A model generated the notes under the pieces. That model searched no databases and was not told the origin of the DNA. It saw only the letters and a list, made by a program, of their open reading frames with translations. Below, one piece after another: positions 12,901-45,062 of a DNA stretch of 64,000 nucleotides (within the stretch, counting starts at the first letter, position 1; the number at the start of each line of letters is the position of its first letter). Where the stretch lies: contig CP154954.1 in the NCBI GenBank assembly GCA_039621445.1, forward strand, positions 8,868,634-8,932,633. The letters run 5' to 3'. Both the position numbers and the translations under genes were made by a program. Origin of the DNA: Euglena gracilis (Eukaryota).

Positions 12901-13341
12901 GAAACTGGCAGGGTTGGGAGTTGGGTATCTCCCACAAGGATGTTTTTATTTTCCGCCCCTACTGTGTGGGTGTGGCTGTGGGTTTGTGAGTGTGTGTTGT
13001 GTGGGTGTGGGTGTGGGTGTGTGAGTGTATGTTGTGGGTGTGGGTGTGGGTGCGTCTATTTTATGTGCTCCTGAGCTCTCATTCAGACTTGACCCCCCAA
13101 AGCATCGGAGGACCACCCGTCCAGACGTCCAGGTTTCACAGTCCGCAGACGGCAGCCCCGGGCCAAGACAGCAGCGGGGCTGGGTCTGGTCTACGTGCTG
13201 GGCCGGGCGGTCTACGGCTACGGCTACGCCCGCCGCGGCCCCGAGGGGCGCATGGCGGGCAGCCTGCTGTCCCACGCCGGCGGCCTGCCGCTGCTGGCGC
13301 TGGCAGTGTACGTGGGGGCGGCCATGGCGAAGCTGGTCTGA
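9974..13341 (+). CDS. MGST3: MAPEG-family membrane protein, microsomal glutathione S-transferase 3-like, 142 aa, 5 exons
   Basis: Exons 9974-10028, 11124-11203, 11744-11797, 12369-12431, 13165-13341 (429 nt) give MIAIPNDFGYVVLTICASWLMNFYLESLVIMARKKYHVMYPALYADKDHKDHEKFNAVQRAHQNTLESWAAVQILMLVDGLVFPKTAAGLGLVYVLGRAVYGYGYARRGPEGRMAGSLLSHAGGLPLLALAVYVGAAMAKLV*. It contains the MAPEG motifs ARKKY..YP.LY, FN..QRAHQNTLE and GR..Y..GY, with four hydrophobic segments. The symbol denotes family likeness, not proven orthology. Confidence 0.92.
10050..10160. repeat. 17-bp tandem repeat GATGTATTCCATGTTGT
   Basis: About 5 copies, decaying at the edges. Confidence 0.85.
10633..10866. mobile_element. CAG..CTG MITE with 8-bp TSD, inside MAPEG intron 1
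   Basis: TTGCCGTT|CAGGGGTGTTTT ... AAAAACACCCTG|TTCCCGTT (7/8). Confidence 0.75.
11204..11743 (+). other. Nonconventional intron 2 of the MAPEG gene
   Basis: GCG-CAGGGCGCCG ... CGGTGCCCTG-CCGCC, about 11-bp terminal stem; joins LYA/DKD. Confidence 0.88.
11798..12368 (+). other. Nonconventional intron 3 of the MAPEG gene
   Basis: GGG-CAGCCC ... GGGCTG-GGGCC; removal restores the conserved RAHQ/NTLE motif. Confidence 0.9.
11817..12326. mobile_element. CA..TG-ended insertion with perfect 8-bp TSD, inside MAPEG intron 3
   Basis: GCCGGGCA|CAT ... CTG|GCCGGGCA; the TIR is weak. Confidence 0.55.
12432..13164 (+). other. Nonconventional intron 4 of the MAPEG gene
   Basis: GGC-GGGGGTGCCCTCTGCG ... 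CGCAGACGGCAGCCCC-GGGCC, 16-bp stem with 2 mismatches; joins VFP/KTAAGLG. Confidence 0.85.
12506..12773. mobile_element. MITE with perfect 8-bp TSD, inside MAPEG intron 4
   Basis: AAGGGAAA|CGGGGTTGTTTT ... AAAACAACCCCTG|AAGGGAAA. Confidence 0.8.
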
Positions 13342-13670
13342 TGGTCGGGCACCTGCAACCATGATCTGATGATTGCTGTGTCAAATCACAAGTTCCCCCG
13401 GCCCATTGTCCCCTGGACTGGTGATTCACCCGTTTAGCTGGGAGGCTGCTTTGCCCCTGGGCCATTGGTGTTCATATGCCTCCCCCCAAAGTTGGCAACA
13501 TGGCCCAGGACCCCCCCCCTATGGGGGGTCAGGCCGAGTGGGTACCTTGCCAGAGGTCGGCTTTCCCTCTGTTTTCGGCATGAAGCGCTGAACAATTTTT
13601 TTCCCCAAAATTGACCTCCCAAAAGTGGGTCCCCAGCCCCCCCCCCCGGGGGGCCCGCCTGGGGTGGGCG

Positions 13671-13933
13671 CAGGCTTCTTTTTAAGTCACCTGACCCCCC
13701 CCCCCAGGGGGAGGGGGGGTGGGTGGGTGGGTCCGGTGACCCCCCGGGGGGGGGGTCCCGCGCCGGAGGCGCTGGGTATACCTTTTCGGCGCAAAGCGCC
13801 GAAAATTTTTGAAAATTGCCTTTAACGGGCCCGATTTTGGGGGGGTCCCCCCCCCGGGGGGGTCCGGCGCCACCCTGGGTGGGTGGGGGGGACCCCAGCC
13901 CCCCCCCCCCGGGGGGTCTTAAAAAGAAGCCTG
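13671..13933. mobile_element. CAG..CTG MITE, 16-bp perfect TIR, 8-bp TSD
   Basis: GGTGGGCG|CAGGCTTCTTTTTAAG ... CTTAAAAAGAAGCCTG|GGTGGGTG (7/8). A shorter relative lies at 25682-25830 (AACCACAT/GTTCACAT). Confidence 0.82.
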
Positions 13934-14129
13934 GGTGGGTGGGTCCGGACCCCGCCTCCCCTGAGACTTTAAATAAAAAATCTCTGGTGCCCAAGTCCAC
14001 ACAAACACATGCAGACACGCACGCACGCACGCACACCCACACCCACACACAGGAGGACAGAAATCGTGCAAGTTGCGCAAAAATGTATGGTATTACCTGA
14101 AAAAGATTTCATTTTTTCTGTAGGGTCTG

Positions 14130-14312
<183 letters not shown>

Positions 14313-15384
14313 GCTGATATTTTTTGTCTGTTTGTGGGGAATGACTCATTTGCCTCGAAGAAGTTTATTCTTGTAGCCTTGCTCTCAGTTCATGAAAGTT
14401 ATTGGCTTTTTTGAAAGTACTCTTTTCATTCGTGCCAAGTATTGCCAGTGAATTGCAAAGGTGCAGTATTCACCCAGCCTCCCATCCTGAAAGCAGCAGG
14501 TGTCCGATGATGATGCTGCTGCCTGCAAAGGGAAAATCCCAGAAAGAAAAGCGCGTTTTCTGTTGGGGGAAAGTCGCATTTATGAACATTTGTGGTCTGT
14601 CCCTCCATTGTGTCCACCGACACAAGTAGTTGTCCGTCCTTGCTTCCTGTTTATCATCGTCTATTGTTTTGTTTGTCAACTGCGGGTGATATCACACTTC
14701 TCCCGAATTATCATTTGTGGCATTTACATTGTGGAAAGTCTTCCTTCGTGCATCAACTCACTGATTTGTACGTCAATGACATTTTTAAAAAGTTATCCAG
14801 GGTTATCATTCATATTTGCTGTATTTTTTTTTGTTTCTTTCCCCCATTCCCACCTTGAGAATGTTACCGTTACCCTTCCAGACCGGCCTTTGGTTGGGCT
14901 GGCTGGGGTTGGACAATTATGAGCCGGCACTGGCTTCGGCTTGACTGGGCGATTTGTACCCTGGTGTCGTCCTGCCCTGGATTTCCCACATGGGCAGCCC
15001 ATCTGAATTTTTTTTGTTTCAAGGACCACCATCGGTCCCGCCAATGGCCAGTCCGGGCGTCAGGTGGGGTCGAAAACACAAAAAAAAAACATATCTTCTC
15101 ATGCTTTGGATGGGTGGATGGGCGACGGCAAAGGAGGGGCGAAAGTCCAGGAATCATTTCCCCCCCAAAATCAACTGTTTTTATTTCCAAAATATGGCCA
15201 TTTTTCGGCATGTTTTTTTGGATTTTGACGAAGTTTTTTAACATTAATTATAAAATTATTAAATTAAAATTCAATTATTTAACAAAATTCAGCTTATTGG
15301 TTAAAATAAAACTCTGTAATCAATTATATAATTAAAATCAATTCATAGATTTATATATATACATATATATGTGTGTGTGTGTGT

Positions 15385-15597
15385 GTGGCAGCCCGAAACT
15401 AGGCCCAGTAGTTAATCCGGGGGGTCAAAATAGTTTTTTTGTGTTAATGATGGAATAGGGTTAGGTGCGCGACTTAGGGTTAGGGTTAGGCCTAACTTAT
15501 AGACGGGTGTTCGGTGTACAAGTTATGAACCCTAAGTAAGTCGCGCACTGCCCCTATTTCCGCTTACCTGACCCCCCTGGATTTAACTACTGGGCCC
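15385..15597. mobile_element. TIR element containing TTAGGG repeats, adjacent to a (TG)n/(TA)n tract
   Basis: GGCCCAGTAGTTAATCCGGGGGGTCA ... TGACCCCCCTGGATTTAACTACTGGGCC; internal core shared with 24318-24550. Confidence 0.6.
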
Positions 15598-15710
15598 CCC
15601 CCCAATTTTTAATTTAACAAAAAATAAAAGAAAGATAACAAGAGATCAAGAGAGAGAAAAAAAAAAAAAATAGAGAAAAAAGAAAAAAGAGAGGAGAGAG
15701 AGAGGAGAAA

Positions 15711-15895
15711 TAATATAAATAAAATATATATATAAATATATATATATATATAGATAAGAGATATAGATATAGATATATATATATAATATATAGATATATA
15801 TATATATCTATATATATATATATATATATATAGATATATCTATATATATATATATAATATATATATATGTATATATCTGTATATATGTAATATAT
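15711..15895. repeat. (TA)n-rich tract
   Basis: Directly visible. Confidence 0.9.
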
Positions 15896-16133
15896 GTGTG
15901 CGTTTGTTTTTAGGGGATTCCAACGTCCATTTCTCTTTTATTTTTCATGCCAAACCCCAACACACAGAAGGTTATGAGGAGAAGAGGATTATCCCACGAC
16001 GAAGATGTCACTTTTTGCTGAATTTCTCTGTCATGAACATAACAACTGGAAATCAGGCCATTATCATTACCAGGCCAGTGACGTAAAAATTTAATGTATG
16101 TTGTATATAATATATAGATATATTTATATATAT

Positions 16134-16166
<33 letters not shown>

Positions 16167-16399
16167 CATACATTTTGTGTACCCACATACATACACATAC
16201 ATTTTGTGTACCCACATACCAAGGGAAAGCAGAAAGTATTCATGGGGTATGCCCTTTGTCGGTTTGCTTTTTTTGCTTGAACGTTTGCACCAATGTCAGT
16301 CCATACCCACCTTTCTCTTTTGGGGAGTGATTTTCTTGGCATATTTATGACATTTTCACCAGAAATTGCTGTCGTGGCAGGCTTTACTCTCCTCTGTTA

Positions 16400-28167
<11,768 letters not shown>

Positions 28168-28470
28168 CACGCGTGACCCGCGTGACCCCCCTCCCGCCCT
28201 CGACCCCCACCACCAACTCCCCCATGCGCCCACCCCCTCTCCCGCGCCATACGTGGCTCTGGCACCACCGCTGCGCCTGTGCTGCCACGCAGCACGCCGT
28301 CCACCCAGAGCTCTGCCGGCTGACAGCTTCCAGCAAACCCTTCTGTAGGATGCCGGGGGGAGCGCCTTGTCGTTCCGGGCCACGTCACCTGACAGCGCAG
28401 GTGATTCCCGTGGGCTCTGTCTGTCCTTTTGTTCCAGTGTGTGGGGTCGCTGACTGACTCATTGAGTCTT

Positions 28471-28684
28471 CAGGGGGGGGATGCGTTGAGCATTTTTCCG
28501 CATTTTTGCGCATTTTTTGCGCATTTTTGTCAATTTTTCAAAAATGCGCATTTTTGCGCATTTTTTGCGCATTTTCCCCCCGTTTTTGCACATTTTCCAT
28601 TTTTTGCGCATTTTTTGCTCACTTTTTTTGCGCATTTTTGCGCATTTTTTTCCGAGGGCCGTCCAGCGCATTTCCCCCCCCCTG
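28471..28684. mobile_element. CAG..CTG element filled with TTTTTGCGCA repeats
   Basis: CAGGGGGGGGATGCG ... CGCATTTCCCCCCCCCTG; a longer decayed relative lies at ~48811-49240. Confidence 0.6.
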
Positions 28685-29703
28685 GATTCTTATGGAGACC
28701 GAGCCTGAAACGTGTTCGTGTGTATTTTTTTTACCAGCACGCTTTTGTTTTAAGTGGTGTGTTCCCATTCTTTGTTGATATTTTATTTTATTTAACAAGG
28801 CAGCCTTGAATTATCTGGAAAAAAGAGGGAGCTTGGACCCCTCTTGCATTTAACAAAGGGGATTGAATTCATGTTTTCCTTTTTACCCTCCCCGCTGGGT
28901 GGTGGCCCACGCAGTTACACAGTTGGGAAATCCTATTTGGGATATGGGATTAAGGTTTAGGTTTTTTGTTGGGGATTGCGTTAAGGATGGGGTTAGAAAT
29001 AAGGTTAGGTTCTGGATTTAGGTCCAAACTCCGGCCTAAAGGCCTAAGAGTAACCATTTCATCCGAACCATAACCCAAACCCCGCCTGAAACAACAGAAA
29101 ACACGGCTGCACCCATAGGTTCATTACCTACAGCTGCATATGGTACGGGAAGGGCACGTGGCCCTCGCTGTGGTGAATGAACAAGATGGCCCGAATTGTT
29201 CTGGTGTCCATGGTGTCCATGGCCACCGTCACAATTCATCCCAAAGGTGGCACATTACTCACCAATGGTGCCCGTGTGTATATATATTATATCAAATGTC
29301 AATATACATACTGTCCATTTATTATTTTTTGCATATATTATACATATAATATATATTATTATATGTATCATATATTGTTTTTTATATTATATCATACAAT
29401 TTATATTTCGATCCCCATTTCAACTGATACACAAAAAAAATGACAAATGAAAACTTGTAAAGCCCCCCCCCCCCCCTGCTCGATGCCCCCCTTGTTGGTT
29501 GTCCCCCCCCCCCCGGCTGTTTGGCTGTTGGAGCAATCTTGCCCCCCCCCCAAAGTCTGTCGGGGTCGATTTGGCCGGGGCAACGCATGAGGTGGAGGGG
29601 GGGAACCCTTCAAATATTAGCAACCCCCCAAATATCAACAACCCCCCCCCTCCATAAACAACCCCCAAGTTATAAGCCTCCCCTGGCTGGGCAATATGAC
29701 AGA

Positions 29704-29880
29704 ATATTTATTAAATATTTATTAAATGTTTATTAAATATTTATTAAATATTTATTAAATATTTATTAAATATTTATTAAATATTTATTAAATATTTATT
29801 AAATATTTATTAAATATTTATTAAATATTTATTAAATGTTTATTAAATGTTTATTAAATAATTATTAAATATTTATTAAA
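29704..29880. repeat. 11-bp tandem repeat ATATTTATTAA
   Basis: About 16 copies. Confidence 0.92.
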
Positions 29881-29988
29881 AAAAAAGGAAAAGCGACCAA
29901 AATTAGCGACTTCCAAGCACCAGCAACCAGTTGTTCATATTTGGGGGGGGGAGGTTGGTGGTGTGGCACATTCCTCCCGCCTGGGACA

Positions 29989-37209
<7,221 letters not shown>

Positions 37210-39211
37210 CAGCAAAAGTAGTCGCTGAAAGACAAACAGCCAAACACATAATACAAACGTAAAATACAAATATAATCAGAAGGGAACTTGAAATGCCACT
37301 AGCTCTTAGAATAATGAACAGGGCGATTATATTTGGTAATTTTATTGAAAGAAAGATGGACCATGCGCTTCGATGATGGGAGTTTACATTCACATCCAAA
37401 TTCAAATTCCCTGAAACAAAGCAAGTGTATGGATGCAAGTGCCTATTTTTTTTTTGCTCTGAAAGTTGAAATCCCTGCATTTTCTGTGCATATTGACCTC
37501 GGAAATGCAAAGTTTCTGATATTTTTGCCACCCCCCCCAAATAAATGACACCCTCCAAAAAATAAGACCCCCCAAAAATAACACCCCCCCCCCGGGCCCA
37601 TCGAGCAAAAATCCAAAATAAGACCCCAAATATAACACCCCCCTGACGGTGCAAAGCGCTGGGGAGGGTGAAAATTTCCCCTGAAATATTCCCCCCCCAC
37701 TTGTCCACCGACCATCCCCATGTATCTGCCACCCCCCCGGTTGGGGTTGCAGGTTGCTTTGAAATTTGGGTTGTTTTTGGCACCTAGTCGTACGACCACC
37801 CCCTGGTCGGGGGTCGTACCTCCCCCCCCCTTGTCCAAGCTCCACCCTTGTCTAAGCACCACCCCCCCCCGGTTCTTACCCATCTTTTTAAAGGTCATCG
37901 TCACGGGGAGGTTTATTTTGTGTGCATTTTTAAGGGAAGCTTCTCAAAAATTCCGAAATTTCTGCAGCTTCTGAGACCTGACTTGGTGAGGTATTGTTGA
38001 TTTCTGCATCCAAATGTGTGTAAGTTCAACAGTGGACCTCCAAAATAAGAGTAAATTTTCCTTTTTGGCGCGAAGCGCCGGATTTTAGCACCACCCCCCT
38101 GGTTCTTACCCATATTTTGGCAAAATAAGCACCCCCCCCCCCCGGTTCTTACCCATCTTTCCCGGTGCTTAGACAAGGGGGGAGGCGGGTTGGGGGGCGC
38201 ATAACCACCCCTAGTTGGGGGTTGTGAACCCGGTTGGTGGACAAGGGGGGGTCCGAAAAACCCAATTTCAGACACAAAAAAATGATGAAATTTCAAAGAT
38301 TTTGGTATTTTTGAAGTGCAAAAAAAAAACATGCTTAATGTATACCAATTTACACCCAACGCGAAGTGCCAAAGGAAATTTTTAGTGTTTTTGGGAAGTT
38401 GAAAAATGATGGTTTTTTATCGGCCCCTGGAGGTTTCCAGAAACGGACCTCAAAAATAAGACCCCGCCGTATTTTGGGGTGGGGTTAAGGGACAAGATTT
38501 TTCTTGCCTAAATGCCTCCCCGCCTTGGGCTTCAGAGCCGGCCAACGCCGGTCTGGGCGTCGATCAGGGTCGAGTTTTGAACAGTCGAAAATGCTTTTTT
38601 TTTTTACGCTTTGGATGGGCGAGGTTCCGAGGATTCCAAAAATAACTTTTCTCCTAAGTTTATTTTTTTGCCAAAATGACGATTCTTCGGCCATTTTTCC
38701 TGTGGTTTTTTGATGAATGTGGTGGGATGCGGAATTGGTTTACGCAAAAGGACGCCCTGGCTTTCACAGGTAAATTGATTTTCTATCAGAATGTCCCTGG
38801 AAATTGCCATTGCATACTCCACTTTTTTTTTGCTCATAAGTGTTGCACAGTGAAAATGACAAGTGCAACATTTGCGGCCAACCCTGCAACAACGCAAGTG
38901 TTTGCTAGCTTTCATTTGGTGTTCTCCTTTTTTTTTTATTTTTTTCAGTCCGTTTTCGATAAAAGTTCACAAGCCAGTATTTCGCTGATATGAGTTTTGG
39001 TGAGAAAGAAGTCAATGACCGTTCAAAGCATGCGCCCACTGCATAAGGAATCCCGGATGATGACGGAGAAGAGTCTAATATACATTACTCCGCCCACATT
39101 TTTTCTTGGTCCCCTGAAGCTGGGTGTGCTGTGAGGGGAGGTTTTACAGCGTCAGAGCTTCAGCAAGGAAGGCAGTAAGGGAGCCATAAAGGCACTTGCT
39201 TTTCCATTTCA

Positions 39212-40637
39212 GCGGAGGCCTTGGTGCATACCCTGCCCCACAACCAAAGTGGCGGAGTTTTTCTGAACCTGCTGGCTTGAATGCCAGCGCCTCCCTGTTT
39301 GGTGTTCCAACGCCACGTCCCACACCCACCCACCCACCCACCCCAACTTCACTGATGCTTCAGCCTGCCCCACAAGGTGCCCCGAGATACCTGCCAGGCA
39401 CCCGCCAAGAAACCCTTCAGGTCTGGCCAATGACGATGTACGCGGTATAGTTGTGACGATGTTGTGGCGATGCTGTGACGATGCTGTGACGATGTTGTGG
39501 CGATGCTGTGACGATGCTGTGACGACGTTGTGGCGATGCTGTGACGATGCTGTGACGACGTTGTGGCCACCAATGGCTGACGTTGTTTGCCGAACCGGAT
39601 TGCCGGTTAGGGAACGATCCCTGGAACGAGCGGCTACAGCGGCTTGGGAACCCAGGCACATGAGAGACCGCTCACAGGAGCGTGTGGCCCCAGCGCGTAC
39701 GTCAGATGTGCCACGCCTTGCTTGCCATTGGTGGACAGTTTGGGGCAGAGACGAGCACTCCAAGCAAACCCCATTCACAGCGCCACGACGCCAATTGTCT
39801 GAAGTTGCTTGGGTTGGCAAGGCGTGGGGGGGGGGGGGCAGGAGGAAAACGCAAACCGCGTTGTTTTGCGTTGTTCTTGCATTTCCTCGATTTTGGGCCA
39901 CGGCCATGTCCGTGTTCTTTCCCCTGGGGAGTCCCCTCAGGCTTCAGCGCAAGCTTGGTGGCAACAGAAAACCGCATTTACCATTTATTTAGGAAAGCGT
40001 CAAAACAGACGAGGAGAAACAGACGCCTGATTTGTCCAAGGTGGAAAAACAAGTGTCGCTCAGCCCCAAGGGCTGGCTGAACCTGCCTCGGCCTGGCCCG
40101 GGGGGGAGTCGGTACCTACCCCCCCCCCGGGAAACTGTCATGCCCGAGAACCGGTCAGGGTCCCGCCCGGGAAACTGTCAGGGTCCCCGGTACTGGCCAA
40201 CCTGTCAGGTGACAGTTTCCCGGGGGGGGGGGTAGGTAGGCCACCGCAAAGGTCGGCCCCCCTCTCCCCCCCACCCTCCTCCCCGCAGCGTATGCCGCCG
40301 GCGGCCCCGCCATCGCGATGGCCTACCCCCCGCCCCCCGGCGCCGGCCCCGCCCTCCCGCCTCCCCCCGGCCCCGCCGGCCTGGCCCTGCCCGCCGTGAG
40401 CGGCCTCCTCGGCGGCCGCCTGCCGAGCGGGCCGCCCTTCCCCTCCGTGGCCAGGGCTGTTCGGGAATCCCCGAAACCCTATTTGGCTGGAGGGGAGTCC
40501 GACCCCCCCCCCAACTAGGCCTTCCCGTATTTATATTTTTTCATTTATTATTTTTATCTTTTATATTTTTTTATTTTATTAATTTTAATGAATGAATATT
40601 TGTTAAAAATAAAATATATATTTATGTATTTATGTAT

Positions 40638-40696
<59 letters not shown>

Positions 40697-43600
40697 TGTT
40701 TTTCTTTGCGGGGTGCTGTGGTGGGGGGGGGTTGGCTCACCCCTCCTCCCACCTCCCGGGTGGGGGGGGGTCAACACTCCCACCAGGCCTTCCCATACAG
40801 CCCTGTCCTTGGTGGGAGGAGCCGGAGGCGTACCCCCGGCGTCGGTCCCCCCCGCGGGGAAGTTTGGGCCAGGCCGTTTCCCCCTGTCGATGCGCTGCCT
40901 CACTCCTCCCTGAGGTTGTGGCCAGGGTTCATGTCAGGAGTGTCTGTTGCCAAAAAGGTTTTATACTACAAAAAAATGCATTTTAAAACCCGTTGGCGCA
41001 CAGTGTCTGCTTTTTGAATGCAGTTAACGTTGTGCAAGGGGAGTAATTGCACATCGTCGTGTAACGAAACCAGGCAGGACGTGAGACTCACAATACAATG
41101 CTGACCCCCGGGCAGTATTTGGATTCCCCACAAATCCGGCACTTTGTGCCAGATTTTGAGCATTATTGCCAAAAAAAACGTCTGAAATTACACCATTTTA
41201 GAGAGAAAATTTTTGGCCAGGCGCTTCGCATTGGACCGAAAATTACTCATTCAGGTCATGCCTGAGATACACCTACCGGGGGGGGGGGATTTCGTGCCAG
41301 AGAAATTTTGCGGCGACAAATTTCGCGGGATTCCTTAAAAATGTCCGGAAATATTTCGCAGTATTTTTTTCTGTGAAGCAAAAAAAGGGAAGCCTTGAGC
41401 ACCTGAAAGGGAATATATGGACAAAAATTTCGCGGGATTCCTTAAAAATATCCGGAAATATTTCGCGGGATTTGCTTCTGCGAAATTTGTCCGTGCAAAT
41501 TTTCTCTAGGGCAAAATTCCCCCCCCCCCGGTATGAATTTGGATTTAATTCTCAAAAAAATTCAAGTGGGTAAAAAGTCATCAGTATTTTTCTGTTCCCC
41601 CAGGCTTCACTTGAAAACAATGTTCTGATGCCCAGAGCACAACCCCCCTGAATACCTGAGGCCAGAAATTGTCGGCGGCAAATCCACCCGCGGAGTGGAT
41701 TAAAACAAGTGAATTAGATTTTATTGTCAGGCTTCTGTGCCTGACCAATATGGTCCAGTTGAAAATATCTGAGGTGACAGGCATTGGAAACGGTGTGCTA
41801 GCCATAGGCTCACTTATCAATTGTGTGAGCCCCCCCCCCCTGGGGTTCGAGAGTGGGTGAACGAGTTGGAGCCACTGAACCCCCCCCCCCGGGGGGAATG
41901 GGTCAGATTTTGGCCTGGCCAAAGGCCAGGCCGTAAAAATTTTCGAGGATTTTCGGCCGATTTTAGCTGGATTTTGGGTGGGTGGGTCGGTGGGTGGTTG
42001 ACGCTTTCAGAAACCAAACAAACTGCGACGAATTGGTCCCATTGGAGGTGGAATCCACCACACAATGTATCTAATTTTGGCCGACGTGCAGAGTGGGTTG
42101 GGGAGGGCTAGGACCATGGATTCGCCAAGTGACCCCCAGGGGGGCACTTTTCCCCAGGGGCCAAACCCACCCACCCACATTTTTCGACGACCCCCCCCCA
42201 CGGGGGCCCCCCTCCCCCCCCCAAATTTAAAGCACCCTGTGGTCAGCCCCAAAGCCAATCTCGCAGCGATACCGTACGCTTTCTCTTCGTCTAGTTTCCA
42301 ATTTGCTCTGCAACGGAGCGCATGGGGGACCTACCTACCCCCGCCCCCGGGAAATGTTCACCTTGCTTTGGGGTGTGCTGGCTACTTTCGGTAGAAAGTT
42401 GTCCCTAGGAAAACCCCCAGGCCCAGCATTTGTTGTACGGGCTGGCTTAACTTCCCAGGGGGGGGGGGAGGGAGCAGGGAGGAACACAAATGCGTTTTTT
42501 TTGCATCTTTTTTGTGTTTTTTGATTTTGGAAAAATTTGTGTTTTTTGCGTTCATTTGCGGTTTTTTTTTGCGGATGTTTTTTTTTTGTGTCGCTTTTTG
42601 AGGGGTTGGCAGAGACGGCCTGCTGCGGGCTGCCGTTCAGCACGATGCCCAGCCTGGCTGGCCTGGCGCCGCGCCCCGACTCACAGCCACCACACAGGCC
42701 TGTGCAGAATGGAAAGACTGCTTTCAGACTGAGAATTTTGGCGGTCACGGCTGTTCTGGTTCAAGGGGCGTCGGGACAAATGCGTGTTGCAGATAATTCA
42801 AAAATATTTACGAACCTGATGCTGTATTTCTTTTTGGAGACAACAGTTTGGCTTGTTCCAGTTTTGTTCTGCATTTCCAATTCCAGGCTGTTAACTTTCT
42901 GCGCAGGGTATGATTTACGATGCAAATTTGCCAGAATTTTCTCTTTTTTCTTGTTGCGCATGTGAAGGACCCATCTCGCCCCCCACTTTTGGTAACAGAT
43001 TTGGTTGGTTAGTCCCAGCGATCCGTTTTGGATGGCCAACCCTTGACACAGCATCCCCAAAGAGTTGAACGTTGAGAAGTGTAGCACAATGTTGGCCCGA
43101 TACAATCCCCAAGTTAATCACGAATCCCATCATATTACACACTGTCATACCCCCCCCCTTGTCCAAGACGCACCGCGTCGTTGACACACCCCTGTGTCAA
43201 CGGCACATTCCCTGAACATTGGCGGATGCCTGAATCTGTCTGTCTGTCTGAGAGCCTTGCCGGAACCATAGACCCTCACAGTTTTTATCCTCACACTGGC
43301 TGGCACCGTTCCAACGGGCCTGCACAGGGCATTTCAATCAAGTTTGGCATTGCGACCCTGGCAACCTTTCGCACTGACAAGTCCGTGGCGGTGACATCGC
43401 AGTCGACAGTCTCCCTGCCGGGAAACCCAGACCACTGCCGGGTTGCCTGGTCCAGGGACAAAAATATTCCCGGGCCCGGTCTCCCCCACCCCTGTGTGTG
43501 TGTGTGTCCAATGAACACCCCGGTCACCTAAACACCCGTGTCCGGACTGCAACGTTTGCCACCAACCTGTTCACTGGACACAGGGGGGGGGGCAGGGGGT

Positions 43601-44767
43601 CGGAACGACCGGTCACGGCAAAGCGCACAGACGCGTGGCAGTTTTGGAGCACGTGTCATGGGGCCGTCTTTCCGGCCCGCCAGCGGATCGGCGGGCCGTC
43701 CGGACCCCACGCGCCTGAGCCCCATCTGCCGGGCTGGGGGCCCCCCTGCCGCCCATCCCGGCGCTGCCGACGCGGCCGCCGGTGCTGGACGCCCTCATCA
43801 CGCCCCCCTCCGGGCCGGCGTTGACCGCCTCCACACCGGAGAAGGCGGCTGCCAACGGCTCCGCCGTTGGGGTTGCCGCCGGGCTGCGGGGTCTATCGTG
43901 GTTGAAGAAACTGACGGAAAGAGAAATAATGCAGACATACATGAATATGCATAGATGTGCATACAGATATATAATTTTACAGTTTTGTTATTATGCATAT
44001 TATGCAGGTGTATATTATATTCATGCATTTTTAATACATTTTTTTACACGCACACACAGACAGAATACATATTTTCAAACCATGGTTTGCCCAAGGCCTG
44101 GCCGATAAGGTGTGAACCCGCTCTGCTCCGCTCGAGAATGCATTTTGAGTTTGAGAAAAAGTCTGAGAAAGTCTGAGAAAACCCACCCACAGCCCCCTTT
44201 GTTTATATTTCATCAAATGCCTGGCAGGGCAGAAAAGCGCAGAAAGCTCAAAAACGGTTGTTGTCATGATGTGTTGAGAGTTTAAATTTTCGCCAAAGTG
44301 AGAAAAGCGCCGTGTGAAATCAAGTACATACGCAACGCATACAAACCATGAACGGCCTCACAATCCGCCCGCCGCATCAAAGCACACTGGCCCAAATCCG
44401 GCCACACTGCAGCAGCCCCGGCCCCCTGACCGGCGCGCCTTCCCCTCCCCCGCCGGGCTCCCCAACGGCACGGGCCGCCACTCGCCCTCCAGCCCCCAGG
44501 CGTGGACGACCCCCGGCGCGAATGGCCCCGGCCCCAGCGGCAACGGCGGGCTCTCCTTCCTGTCGTGCGGCGTCACCCCCAGCCCCGGTGTGTGCGGCAG
44601 GGCTGTGGCAAACGCTGGGTATTTGCTGGGGTTGTGGTGCTTTTTTACGCGTTTTTTTTGTTGCTTTTTTTTTCGGGGTGTTGGTTGCGTCCTCCCCCGC
44701 CCCCAACCAGAATGCTGTGTTTTCTGCTTTGGCGTTGTCACACGCGCGCAAACACACAGGCACACAG

Positions 44768-44839
<72 letters not shown>

Positions 44840-45029
44840 ACACACAAAGCGTCTCACTCTCAGGCCGAGCCGCCAAACTCAGAATATCAACCCCTCTTTT
44901 ATTGGGAATGTGTACGAATTTTCAACTTTCAACTTTTCACCTGTTCCATCACTTTCACCAAAATTTTTAATGCCCATGTATTCATCAAAGTTGATATTAC
45001 ACACACACACACAAATATACATATATATG

Positions 45030-45062
<33 letters not shown>

